Counted from the stretch's first letter, positions 8,005 to 17,435 are shown. The stretch is DNA of 64,000 bases from Helicobacter cetorum (GCA_022729735.1 DZAY01000006.1:27895-91894); one strand, 5' to 3'. Numbers and translations are program-made. Notes: a model not told the origin generated them from the letters alone.

Positions 8005-9885
8005 TTACATTATAAATATTGTTGGCACAATTGTTGGATATTTTTTTGTTTTTCTGAATATATGTCTTCTCACAGCTCCTCTAATCTCATTTTCTAAAGC
8101 TCTTGAATTACAAGCTATCTCTTTTCTTACATTCATTAAAAAGTTAGTTAATAAATCTTCGATTTCTCTTGCAAAATCTTTATCATCTTTGTCGGGAACT
8201 AATCCATAACTTGCAACTTTTGGTTTATCGATTAGTTTTGATTCGTTTTCTGAAATTTGAGCAATAATTAAAACAATTCCATCAGTTGCAAGTTTTTGTC
8301 TATCAATAATTACATCATTTTCTATTTGATTATTTATCTGATTATCTATATACACTTTACCAGTTTTTACACTTTTTACTTTTTTCATAAATACAGGAGC
8401 TACATCAATTTGGTCTCCATCTTGCATAAGTAGAATATTTTTTTCAGGAATTCCACAAGCAATAGCAGTTTCACGATGTCTTAAAATATGGTTATACTCT
8501 CCATGAACAGGTAAAAAGAATTTTGGCTTTGTAAGTCTTAACATCATCTTTTGTTCTTCTTGTGCGGCATGTCCGCTTACATGAATTTCACTAAAATCTT
8601 GATAAGCGACAGTTGCACCAGCTTTTTGTAAAAAGTTAATTACAGTTGAAACTGACCTCTCATTTCCTGGAATTGCTTTTGCAGAAATAATTATTGTATC
8701 AGTTGGTTTTATTTTTACATGTCGATGTTCATTTATTGCCATTCTATACAATGCACTCATAGTTTCACCTTGTGAGCCAGTTGTAACAATTAAAACTTCT
8801 TCATCATTAAATCTACCAAGTTCATGAGACTCTATAAAAACATTTGATGGAATATTTATATATTTTAAATCTCTTGCTATTTCTAAATTCTTTTCCATAG
8901 AGCGACCAATTACACAAATTTTTCTATTATATTTAAGCCCTCGTTCAATTGCTTGATAAACTCGATGAATGTTTGATGAGAAAGTTGACATTATAACTCT
9001 ACCTTTTGAGTTTGAAAATATCTTATCAAATGTTGGTCCAACAGAGCTTTCAGAGTTTGTATAACCTTCTTTATGAGAGTTTGTGCTATCACTTAATAGT
9101 AGCATTACACCTTTTTCACCATAATATGCTAATCTGTGAATATCAGTTGGATAACCATCAATTGGAGTGTGGTCAAGTTTAAAATCACCTGTGTGAATTA
9201 TTGTTCCAGCTTCTGTGGTAATTGCTAAAGCTGAAGCATCAATTATTGAGTGAGTAATATGAATCCACTCAACTTCAAAATCACCAATTTTTATCTGTTT
9301 TCTCTTCTCAATTGCTCTAAAATAGTTTTTATGATGTCTCAATCCATGTTCATCAAACTTATTTCCAATCATTCCAAGTGGAAGTGGTGTGCCATAAAGT
9401 GGAAATTGCATCTCTTTAAATAGATAAGCAATTGCTCCAATATGGTCTTCATGTGCATGAGTTATAACAATTCCTGCAACTTTATGCTTTATTTGTCTTA
9501 AATATGTAAAATCTGGAATTAAAATATCAACTCCATGCATATCTTCAGTTGGAAAACTCATTCCAACATCTACAACTATTGCACTATTTTCAGTTTCAAA
9601 TATTGTAATATTTCCACCAATCTCACCAAGTCCTCCAAGTGGAGTTATTCTAACTTTTGATGTTGAATTTAAATTCAATTTGTAGTGTGGATTAAGTCTG
9701 CTTTTTTGGATTTTATCATTAATCTCTACTGCTTTTTTTAAATCTCTGTGCCAACCTGTTGGACTTCCTATTGTGTATGGCTTTGTAGTTTTTTGAAATC
9801 TTTTTTTAGATACATCTTCTTGTTGTTCTCTATCTTTATTATCTTCACTCTCTTCTAATATCTCATCTTGTTGTTCTCTCTCCAT
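8005..9885 (-). CDS. rnj: Ribonuclease J (metallo-beta-lactamase/beta-CASP) with an acidic/basic N-terminal extension
   Basis: ITPLGGLGEIGGN, the HAHEDHIG zinc motif, and the beta-CASP and C-terminal domain layout. An extension of about 80 aa precedes the core, as described for the Helicobacter RNase J. Confidence 0.85.
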   Translation of the reverse strand: MEREQQDEILEESEDNKDREQQEDVSKKRFQKTTKPYTIGSPTGWHRDLKKAVEINDKIQKSRLNPHYKLNLNSTSKVRITPLGGLGEIGGNITIFETENSAIVVDVGMSFPTEDMHGVDILIPDFTYLRQIKHKVAGIVITHAHEDHIGAIAYLFKEMQFPLYGTPLPLGMIGNKFDEHGLRHHKNYFRAIEKRKQIKIGDFEVEWIHITHSIIDASALAITTEAGTIIHTGDFKLDHTPIDGYPTDIHRLAYYGEKGVMLLLSDSTNSHKEGYTNSESSVGPTFDKIFSNSKGRVIMSTFSSNIHRVYQAIERGLKYNRKICVIGRSMEKNLEIARDLKYINIPSNVFIESHELGRFNDEEVLIVTTGSQGETMSALYRMAINEHRHVKIKPTDTIIISAKAIPGNERSVSTVINFLQKAGATVAYQDFSEIHVSGHAAQEEQKMMLRLTKPKFFLPVHGEYNHILRHRETAIACGIPEKNILLMQDGDQIDVAPVFMKKVKSVKTGKVYIDNQINNQIENDVIIDRQKLATDGIVLIIAQISENESKLIDKPKVASYGLVPDKDDKDFAREIEDLLTNFLMNVRKEIACNSRALENEIRGAVRRHIFRKTKKYPTIVPTIFIM

Positions 9886-10666
9886 TTTCCAACCCTCGCT
9901 TTATATTTTTATGTAATAGGTGAAAAATAGATGTAGTAACTTCGTGAGGTCTGATTGTGTGAGCAATTCCCAAGCTATCATATATAGTTTCTAATAGAGA
10001 TTTTGGATATTTTGTTAGCAAATTTTTTTTCAGAGTTTTTCGTGGGTGCAAAAATGCTACCTTTAAAAAATCTGCAAAATCTAAACAAAATGAATCTTCA
10101 AACTTCTCTATTGATAAAATAGCAGATGTTACTTTTGGAATGGGTTCAAATGCCTCTTTTGGGACATCAAATAGTAGTTTTGCTTTTGCAATTTTATCAG
10201 TTATGACACTCAATGCACAAAATTCACCATCACCACTATTAGCACTAAATTTAATTGCTACCTCTTTTTGAACCATTACCAAAATGCTCTTACATCTTTT
10301 ATCGCTTAGAGCTTTTAATATGATATTTGTAGCTATATAGTATGGTAGATTAGCAATCAAATCATAATCCCTATCTATTAGCTCTCCACTTCCCCACATT
10401 TCTAATACATCTACACAATGTAGTTTGAGTCTGCCACTTTTTAAATCTTTTTCAAAACTATTTTCTAAGATTTTACAAAGCTCCCAATCTACCTCAAAGG
10501 CTACTACATCCTTAACTTCTAATAAATGTTTTGTTAAATCACCTAAGCCAGCCCCAATTTCTACAATCAAATCTGATTTATTGGGAATCGCTTCGATGAT
10601 TTGTTCTAAATAAAATTTATCTTTTAAAAAGTTTTGCCCAAACCTTTTTTTTGCAATTACTTTAAT
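9863..10666 (-). CDS. rsmA: 16S rRNA (adenine1518/1519-N6)-dimethyltransferase RsmA/KsgA; start revised upstream to a probable ATT codon
   Basis: The ORF track starts at TTG 10570 (IVEIGAGLGDLT). However, the in-frame upstream sequence encodes the conserved KsgA N-terminus (I)KVIAKKRFGQNFLKDKFYLEQIIEAIP. There is no ATG/GTG/TTG between the stop at 10697..10699 and this motif. ATT at 10666..10664 lies 6 nt after AAGGA (10677..10673). Confidence 0.7.
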   Translation of the reverse strand: MKVIAKKRFGQNFLKDKFYLEQIIEAIPNKSDLIVEIGAGLGDLTKHLLEVKDVVAFEVDWELCKILENSFEKDLKSGRLKLHCVDVLEMWGSGELIDRDYDLIANLPYYIATNIILKALSDKRCKSILVMVQKEVAIKFSANSGDGEFCALSVITDKIAKAKLLFDVPKEAFEPIPKVTSAILSIEKFEDSFCLDFADFLKVAFLHPRKTLKKNLLTKYPKSLLETIYDSLGIAHTIRPHEVTTSIFHLLHKNIKRGLENGERTTR

Positions 10667-10764
10667 TGGAAATCCTTGAAATTTAGTATTCTTTTGCTAT
10701 TATACATAAAAATTATTTAATATAAACAAACAAAAATGTAGTGATTTAAAAATAGAGGTTTTTT

Positions 10765-11433
10765 ATGAATTTTATATATCACAAAGATGCAAAATCACCT
10801 ATTTTAACTATTGATGGTGAGCTGTATCAATACCTTTTTAAGGTTAGAAGAACAAGTAATAGCGAAGTTTTAAATTTTAGAAATTTGATAGATTTTAATA
10901 TTTACAGTTATAAAATAGTAAATATTTCAAAAAAAGAAGCAACTCTTAGTTTAAATAACTATTATGAGCATAAATTAGAGCCAAAATCCGAGTTACATAT
11001 CGGCTGGTGTGTGATTGAGCCAAAAAATATTGAAAAAGTTTTACCAAGTTTAAATGAGATAGGAGTTAGTAAAATATCTCTATTTTATTGTGCAAGAAGT
11101 CAAAAAAGTTATAAATTAGATTTAGAACGAATAGAGCGAATTCTAATAAATTCATCTATGCAGTGTGGAAGAAGCTCTATAATTAAAATTGAAATTTTAA
11201 AAGATATTTATGAATTTATTAAACTCTATCCAAACTCTTATCTTTTTAATTTTTCTTCTAATTTAATTGATAATAAAAAAGATGAAATAAAAACTATTGT
11301 TGTTGGTTGTGAAGGTGGATTTATTGATAGTGAATTGGAACTTTTTGGTGATAAAATTGTTGGAATTAACACTAATTTAATTTTAAAAAGTGAAACTGCT
11401 ACTTTAGCTGTTGCAACTAAGATAGTTTTATAA
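10765..11433 (+). CDS. rsmE: 16S rRNA (uracil1498-N3)-methyltransferase RsmE
   Basis: N-terminal PUA-like region (..GELYQYLFKVRR), the C-terminal SPOUT knot motif VGCEGGF..E, and the LKSETA ending. Confidence 0.7.
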   Translation: MNFIYHKDAKSPILTIDGELYQYLFKVRRTSNSEVLNFRNLIDFNIYSYKIVNISKKEATLSLNNYYEHKLEPKSELHIGWCVIEPKNIEKVLPSLNEIGVSKISLFYCARSQKSYKLDLERIERILINSSMQCGRSSIIKIEILKDIYEFIKLYPNSYLFNFSSNLIDNKKDEIKTIVVGCEGGFIDSELELFGDKIVGINTNLILKSETATLAVATKIVL

Positions 11434-11445
11434 GGGGTTTTGATG
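11430..11445 (+). repeat. Left copy of the 16-nt direct repeat ATAAGGGGTTTTGATG (stop-RBS-start junction)
   Basis: Identical 16-mer at 11430..11445 and 12059..12074, read directly from the sequence. Confidence 0.9.
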
Positions 11446-11712
11446 ATAGCATTAAATATTGATAATCCAGAAATAGAAAGACTATTTTTAGATTATGCTA
11501 AAAGAGAGCAAAAGTGTGTTAATGATGTTTTGGTAGATATTATTAATAAATTTTTTGAAAAAGAGCCAGTCTATCAAAAAAAAGATGTAAAAAAACATAT
11601 AGTAAAAAGAAAAGTTATAGAGTTAAGTGAGGATTTAGATGATGTTATCTTATATTCACATATAAAAGATAGTGGTAAATATATTCATGATTTGAGACGA
11701 ATTAAAAAATGA
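11443..11712 (+). CDS. Small putative antitoxin partner of the PIN toxin
   Basis: An 89-90 aa ORF whose stop overlaps the PIN start (ATGA at 11709..11712). The assignment is by position only. Confidence 0.5.
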   Translation: MIALNIDNPEIERLFLDYAKREQKCVNDVLVDIINKFFEKEPVYQKKDVKKHIVKRKVIELSEDLDDVILYSHIKDSGKYIHDLRRIKK

Positions 11713-12062
11713 TATTTGTAGATAGTTGCATTTTAATTGACTACTCAAAAGGTAAAATAGTAATTGAAGATAAAAGTAACTTATGTATAAGCTCAATTGT
11801 TGAAATGGAGTTTAAAGTTGGAGCATTAAATAAGAGAGAAAAGATTAAAATAGATAAAATAGTTTCTGAATTTTTATTGATAGAAACAAATCAAGATATT
11901 TTAGATTTATCTACAAAATTAATAGATAAATATTCATTATCACACAATATGGCTATTTATGATTCAATAATCGCTTCTACTTGTCTCATATATGATTTAA
12001 TATTATGGACTTACAATAAAAAAGATTTTAAATTTATAAATGGTTTAAAATTAAAAGAATAA
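11709..12062 (+). CDS. PIN-domain toxin (VapC-like)
   Basis: MIFVDSCILID (Asp), SIVEMEF (Glu), IYDSIIAST (Asp) and WTYNKKDF, the typical VapC C-terminal motif. Confidence 0.75.
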   Translation: MIFVDSCILIDYSKGKIVIEDKSNLCISSIVEMEFKVGALNKREKIKIDKIVSEFLLIETNQDILDLSTKLIDKYSLSHNMAIYDSIIASTCLIYDLILWTYNKKDFKFINGLKLKE

Positions 12063-12074
12063 GGGGTTTTGATG
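12059..12074 (+). repeat. Right copy of the 16-nt direct repeat ATAAGGGGTTTTGATG
   Basis: Identical to 11430..11445. The two copies lie 629 bp apart and bracket exactly the antitoxin+PIN pair. Confidence 0.9.
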
Positions 12075-12413
12075 CATGAATATTCAATAGTTAGCTCTCT
12101 AATTAATATGTGTGAAAAGTATGCAAAAGAGAATAGTGCTACAAAAGTTACAAAATTATATGTTAAAATTGGAAAAATATCAGGGGTTGAGCCAGAGCTT
12201 TTGAAAGTTGCTTTTGATACTTTTAAAAATGAGTCTATCTGTTTTGATAGTGAATTAGTTATGGATATTGAAGATGTTGTTATTAAATGTTTGGATTGTA
12301 AAACTGAAAGTGTTATTCAAATTAAGAGTTTTGAATGTCCAAAATGTGGAAGTGAAAATTTTTCAATTATTGCAGGTGAAGAGATGTTACTTATGAGTTT
12401 AGAAATGGAATAA
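12072..12413 (+). CDS. hypA: Hydrogenase (and possibly urease) nickel-insertion metallochaperone HypA
   Basis: The N-terminal MHE nickel motif (MHEYSIV) is only N-terminal if the ATG at 12072 is used rather than the TTG at 12069. The zinc site is CLDC...CPKC. Confidence 0.85.
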   Translation: MHEYSIVSSLINMCEKYAKENSATKVTKLYVKIGKISGVEPELLKVAFDTFKNESICFDSELVMDIEDVVIKCLDCKTESVIQIKSFECPKCGSENFSIIAGEEMLLMSLEME

Positions 12414-12424
12414 AAGGGGAAAAA

Positions 12425-13012
12425 ATGTTTGATGTAGTTATTATTGGTGGTGGAGTTGCTGGACTTTCGTGTGGTTTGACTTTGAGTGCTTATAAAAATA
12501 GAAACAATTTATCTAAAAAATTTTTAATAGTTGATGTTGGTGAGTCAGACTTGCTAAAAGCAGAGTTAAACTATGTGCCTTCCGTTGCAAAACTTGATGG
12601 AAAAGAGTCAATTGAGTTAATGAAATCACAAATAAAAGAGTTTGATAGTGAGTTTGAAATAGTTATAACTAAAGCTTTAGAAATAAAGAATAGTTTAGTA
12701 ATTTGTGAAAATGGAAACTATTTAGCAAAAGATATTGTAATTGCAACAGGGTTTCATAGCTTTGATATTAAAGGTTTAAATGTTGAAGTTTTAAAAAATT
12801 TAAAAGCTCCACGAGATGGAAAAGTGATGATAAATGCTGATAGTGAGAGCAGAATTGCTCCTAATATTTATGTTGCAGGAGTTTTAGCAGGAGTTAGCAC
12901 AATGTTTGCAACTGCATCTGGAAGTGGAGTTCAAGTGGCTTGTAATATATTAGAGAGTTGGAATTCTAAACCCACAATTATTCATGATATATCAAAAAAT
13001 TTTAATAAATAA
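12425..13012 (+). CDS. Short (195 aa) FAD-binding oxidoreductase, thioredoxin-reductase-like but apparently lacking an NAD(P)H domain
   Basis: VVIIGGGVAGLSCG dinucleotide motif, IVIATG, and a C-terminal IYVAGVLAG segment. The length is about 120 aa shorter than TrxR-type enzymes. Confidence 0.55.
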   Translation: MFDVVIIGGGVAGLSCGLTLSAYKNRNNLSKKFLIVDVGESDLLKAELNYVPSVAKLDGKESIELMKSQIKEFDSEFEIVITKALEIKNSLVICENGNYLAKDIVIATGFHSFDIKGLNVEVLKNLKAPRDGKVMINADSESRIAPNIYVAGVLAGVSTMFATASGSGVQVACNILESWNSKPTIIHDISKNFNK

Positions 13013-13021
13013 GGATTAAAT

Positions 13022-13807
13022 ATGTTAAAAAATAGTTTAATATTTTTGTCGCTATCTTTAATCACAGTTCAAGCAAATTGGAGCGAAGCATTAGGAAATG
13101 TTGCAAAAGAGGTTGTAAATAGTAAATTATCTTCAAGCAGTAGCCAATCAATTCAAAATAGTGAAAACAATAAAAGTATTGAGTCTGGACTTCGAGATGC
13201 TTTGAGTTTTGGAGTAAAAGAAGCTGTTAAAACTATTGGTAAAGAAGATGGGTTTTTGAAAAATGATTTAGTAAAAATAAATATGCCAGGAGCTTTAGGT
13301 GCATTAGAAAAAGGTGCGAAAGCTGTTGGGCAAGAAAAAATTGTAGAAGATTTAGTTATTAGTATGAATAGAGCAGCAGAAAAAGCAGTGCCAAAAGCTG
13401 TGGATATATTTGCAGAACAGATTAAAAATATGAGTATTGATGATGCTAAAAAGTTACTATTTTCTGAAGATAAAAAGGCTTTGACTAAATATTTTGAAAC
13501 TCATACAAAATCTCCATTAAGTAGTGCATTTTTACCTATTATAAAATCTTCAATGGCAGAAGTTGAGGTTTTAAAATATTATAATCTACTAAAATCACTT
13601 GTTCCAATGCCTCAAAATGAGTTAATAAAAGGGATTGGTGGAGCTTTGGGAATGGGTGCAAACTTTGATATTGATGAATATGTATTAAATAAAAGTTTAG
13701 AAGGACTATTTACAATGGTTTCAAAAGAAGAAGAAAAAATTAGAGCAAATCCAATCTACACGAAAACAGAGAGTATTCAAAATATTTTTGGACTTTTGAG
13801 TAAATAA
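13022..13807 (+). CDS. Secreted protein, DUF4197-like (function unknown)
   Basis: Signal peptide MLKNSLIFLSLSLITVQA. GLRDALSFGVKEAVKTIGKEDGFLKN..VKINMP and MNRAAEKAVPKA resemble the DUF4197 family as I recall it. Confidence 0.55.
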   Translation: MLKNSLIFLSLSLITVQANWSEALGNVAKEVVNSKLSSSSSQSIQNSENNKSIESGLRDALSFGVKEAVKTIGKEDGFLKNDLVKINMPGALGALEKGAKAVGQEKIVEDLVISMNRAAEKAVPKAVDIFAEQIKNMSIDDAKKLLFSEDKKALTKYFETHTKSPLSSAFLPIIKSSMAEVEVLKYYNLLKSLVPMPQNELIKGIGGALGMGANFDIDEYVLNKSLEGLFTMVSKEEEKIRANPIYTKTESIQNIFGLLSK

Positions 13808-13820
13808 AAAGGAAAATGTT

Positions 13821-14912
13821 ATGGATTTATTTCAATGTTTTTCACGAGAAACTATAAATGAGATATTTGAGCAATCTTTTAATGCTATTGTAATTACAAA
13901 AGGTGATACAGATTTTTGGGAGTTTATCTATGTAAATAAAGCTTTTACAAATATGACAGGATACACTATGGATGATTTAAGAGGTAAAACTCCAAAAATT
14001 TTGCAAGGTGAGTTGAGTGATAAACCTACTATTGAGCGATTAAATAGTGCTTTAAAAAAAGGTGAATTTTTTGAAGGGCAGAGTATAAATTATAAAAAAG
14101 ATGGTTCAACTTATCACATTGAGTGGAATATTTCACCAATTAAAGATAGTAGTGGAAAAATTGTATATTTCATATCATTTCAAAGAGATATTAGTGTAAG
14201 AGTAGAAGCTGAAAAAGCAAAAGATAAAATTTTAATTCAACAATCAAAAATGGCAACTCTTGGGCGAATGATAGAAGCAATTACTCATCAACTAAAACAA
14301 CCTATGAGTGTTATAAATTTAAGTGTTGAAAACTTATATTTTGAAGATGATAAATCCATGAATGAACATTTTTTAAATATTATAGAATCACAAGTTAAAT
14401 TTATGAGTAATACTTTAGATGAGTTTAAAAATTTCTTATCAGAAACGAAATTGGCAGTTGAATTTTCTATTCTAAAAGTGATACAAACTGTAACATCTAT
14501 TTTGAATTCGAGATTGAAATATATTGATTTAAATATTGATATTGATGAAAATATAATAGTAGTTGGTTATCCAAATGAGTTTAAACATGCAGTTATTAAT
14601 ATAATAAATAATGCTTTAGACGAGTTTGCAAAAAAAGATATTGATGAACCATATATAAATATATATTTTGATAAAGATTTGAAAATTTTATATATAATTG
14701 ATAATGCTGGTGGTATTCCTACTGAAATTATAGATAAAATTTTTGATTTACACTTTAGCACCAAAAAAGATAGTGGTGGAGATGGAGTTGGACTATATTT
14801 AACTAAAATTATTTTAAACAAAATAGGTGTAGATTTAAGAGTAGAAAATGAAGTTAATGGAGCTAAATTTATGTTGGATTTTTCAAACTCTAAAATAAAG
14901 TTGCAAAACTAA
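13821..14912 (+). CDS. Cytoplasmic PAS (LOV-like) sensor histidine kinase
   Basis: One PAS domain with LOV-type sequence features, an H-box ITHQLKQPMSVI, an N-box INNALDE and a G-box GGDGVGLYL. No TM segment. Confidence 0.8.
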   Translation: MDLFQCFSRETINEIFEQSFNAIVITKGDTDFWEFIYVNKAFTNMTGYTMDDLRGKTPKILQGELSDKPTIERLNSALKKGEFFEGQSINYKKDGSTYHIEWNISPIKDSSGKIVYFISFQRDISVRVEAEKAKDKILIQQSKMATLGRMIEAITHQLKQPMSVINLSVENLYFEDDKSMNEHFLNIIESQVKFMSNTLDEFKNFLSETKLAVEFSILKVIQTVTSILNSRLKYIDLNIDIDENIIVVGYPNEFKHAVINIINNALDEFAKKDIDEPYINIYFDKDLKILYIIDNAGGIPTEIIDKIFDLHFSTKKDSGGDGVGLYLTKIILNKIGVDLRVENEVNGAKFMLDFSNSKIKLQN

Positions 14913-14923
14913 GGAAATAATGG

Positions 14924-17431
14924 ATGGAACTATCACAAATTATTGAAGAGTTAATATCTCAAAAGGCTTCTTCATTTGAAGTTTCAAAAGCATTTAAGGC
15001 ATCTTTAAAAGAGTATTTAAACTCTTTAGATGAAAATTTTGAGCATTCTGGAAAAGATTTTTTGGTTAAACATACAAAATTTATTGATAACTTTGTAACT
15101 CAAATATATAAATATGTCTTAAGAGAAGCATTTTCAAATTATCAACCATTTTTAAACTCAATTCCAATAACTCTCATCGCTCTTGGGAGTTATGGAAGAG
15201 AGCAGTTATGTATCTATTCTGATATAGATTTGATGATAGTTTATAAAGATATAAAGGGGTTTAATACAAAACCAATTATTGAACAGATTTTATATACTGC
15301 TTGGGATGCTGGATTGAAATTGGGACATAGAGTTCATGAGGTATCAGAAATTTTTGACATTTCAAATGATGATATAACAATTAAAACTTCACTAATTGAG
15401 TCAAGATTTATTTGTGGCTCAAAAAGTCTTTGGTTTGAAGTTGAAAATGGATTGAAAAGAGTTAGAAAGTATAATCAAAAAGAGTTTGCAACTCAAAAAA
15501 TTATGGAATATAATGAGCGAATTAAGAAAAATCCACTTACAAAAGAGCCAAATTTAAAAGAAGGATTTGGTGGATTTAGAGATGCAAATACACTTTTTTG
15601 GATAGCAAATATAGTTTATGGAGTCAAAAGTTTAAAAGAGCTTGTAAATATTTTGTATAGTGAAGATGATTATAAAGAGATAAATATTGCATTAGAAACA
15701 CTATTTAAAGTTCGAATAGCACTCCATTTATCTGCCAAAAAGAAAGAAGATAGAGTTTTGTTTGATTTAATTCCTGATGTTTGCAAACGACTTGGAATAA
15801 AAGATAGCAATTCGCATTTAGCACAAACTCTACTTATGCAAAAAATTCTTCACTCATTAAACAGTGTTTATAGATTTAGTGCAATTTTTATAAATAAAAT
15901 TTCAAGAAAGTTTTTTTATAATCAATATAGTTTGAAAGTTTTAAAAAGTTGTAGAGTAGCTCCAAATATCTATATAAAAGATGGAACACTTTATAGCTCT
16001 TTTAATGTTGAAAACAGTGATTTAAACCAAATTTTAACTCTATTTATAAAATTAAAAGATATAGAAATCAAATTTGATAGCTCAATTTTTTATCTATTAA
16101 GCAGAGTAAAAGTTTCAAAAATTAGTGCTGATTTAATTAAAAAGCTATTTTCTAAAAAATATTTAGCACAATATTTAGAGCTATTTTATAACTCAAATAT
16201 CTTTACAACTCTATTTCCAGCATCAAATAAAATTATAAATTTAGCACAATTTGATGGTTATCACGAATATGCCGTAGATATTCACTCTATTTTAGCCATT
16301 AAAAAATTTGAAGAGTTAAATGAGCCACACTTAATAGAAATTGTTTCAAAATTAGAAGATGAAGAGTTGTTACTTCTGAAATTTGTAATACTTTTTCATG
16401 ACTTTGGCAAAGGTAGAAAAGGTGACCACTCAATTTTAGGTGAGCGACTCTTTAATAGATTTGCGAAAAGATTTTTTAAAGAAGAGCTTTTAGAGCTTGG
16501 AGCATATTTGATTAAAATTCATATTTTAATGAATAATACAGCTCATCATGAAGATATATATCATGAATTAATTATCTTATCATTTATTGCAAAAGTTAAA
16601 AATAAAAAAATACTTGACATGTTGTATATTTTAACTGTTGTTGATATGAGTGCTGTTGGTAAAAATATATACACAAAATTTAGTTCAAAACTTTTAAATG
16701 AGTTGTATAATCTCGCTTTAGATGGATTTGGAAATAGTTTGCTTATAAGTGAAACTGCTCAAAGAGTCAAAAAAGAGGAGAGTCTGAAAAAATATTTAAA
16801 AGATTTACCACATGATTTAGTAAAAAAGATATTGCATATTGAATCAAATCTATTTTTCTTAAAGTTTGATGCAAGTAGTATTATTGAAATTTCAAAAATA
16901 GCTTATAAAATTGAAGATTTTGAGTATAAAATAATTCATGATAACTCTTTGAAATTAGAAATTATAAAGAAAAAAGAGTTAAATTTGGGATATTTACTTG
17001 GCAAACTTTCAAATTTTGATTTAGCCTCAATGGATATATTTAAATTATTTGATGGAGTGAAATATTTTAGAATGGAGTTCTATAAAAATATTGATAGTGA
17101 AGATATTCCATTTATTGAAGAGATTATAAAAAACTCATTTGATATGAAAAAAACTTTAAAATTAACAGTTCCAAATATCAAACGAGATGATATATTACTA
17201 AATCCAGAACATTCTAAAAGCTATGCAGAGTTTAAATTAAATACAATAGACCAAAGAGGACTTGTTGCATATTTTGCAAAACTATTTGATGATTTTGGAA
17301 TAGATATTGTTACAGCAAAAGTACATACAAAGAAAAATTATGCAAAAGACCTATTTTTAATAGAAAAAAATGAAAACTTTTGGAATAATAAGGATAAACT
17401 TTTAGATATGATTTTTAACAAAGGTAATTAA
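14924..17431 (+). CDS. glnD: [Protein-PII] uridylyltransferase/uridylyl-removing enzyme GlnD
   Basis: Nucleotidyltransferase motif LGSYGREQLCIYSDIDLMIVY, an HD domain (LFHDFGKG) and two C-terminal ACT-like segments; 835 aa. Confidence 0.8.
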   Translation: MELSQIIEELISQKASSFEVSKAFKASLKEYLNSLDENFEHSGKDFLVKHTKFIDNFVTQIYKYVLREAFSNYQPFLNSIPITLIALGSYGREQLCIYSDIDLMIVYKDIKGFNTKPIIEQILYTAWDAGLKLGHRVHEVSEIFDISNDDITIKTSLIESRFICGSKSLWFEVENGLKRVRKYNQKEFATQKIMEYNERIKKNPLTKEPNLKEGFGGFRDANTLFWIANIVYGVKSLKELVNILYSEDDYKEINIALETLFKVRIALHLSAKKKEDRVLFDLIPDVCKRLGIKDSNSHLAQTLLMQKILHSLNSVYRFSAIFINKISRKFFYNQYSLKVLKSCRVAPNIYIKDGTLYSSFNVENSDLNQILTLFIKLKDIEIKFDSSIFYLLSRVKVSKISADLIKKLFSKKYLAQYLELFYNSNIFTTLFPASNKIINLAQFDGYHEYAVDIHSILAIKKFEELNEPHLIEIVSKLEDEELLLLKFVILFHDFGKGRKGDHSILGERLFNRFAKRFFKEELLELGAYLIKIHILMNNTAHHEDIYHELIILSFIAKVKNKKILDMLYILTVVDMSAVGKNIYTKFSSKLLNELYNLALDGFGNSLLISETAQRVKKEESLKKYLKDLPHDLVKKILHIESNLFFLKFDASSIIEISKIAYKIEDFEYKIIHDNSLKLEIIKKKELNLGYLLGKLSNFDLASMDIFKLFDGVKYFRMEFYKNIDSEDIPFIEEIIKNSFDMKKTLKLTVPNIKRDDILLNPEHSKSYAEFKLNTIDQRGLVAYFAKLFDDFGIDIVTAKVHTKKNYAKDLFLIEKNENFWNNKDKLLDMIFNKGN

Positions 17432-17435
17432 GAAA

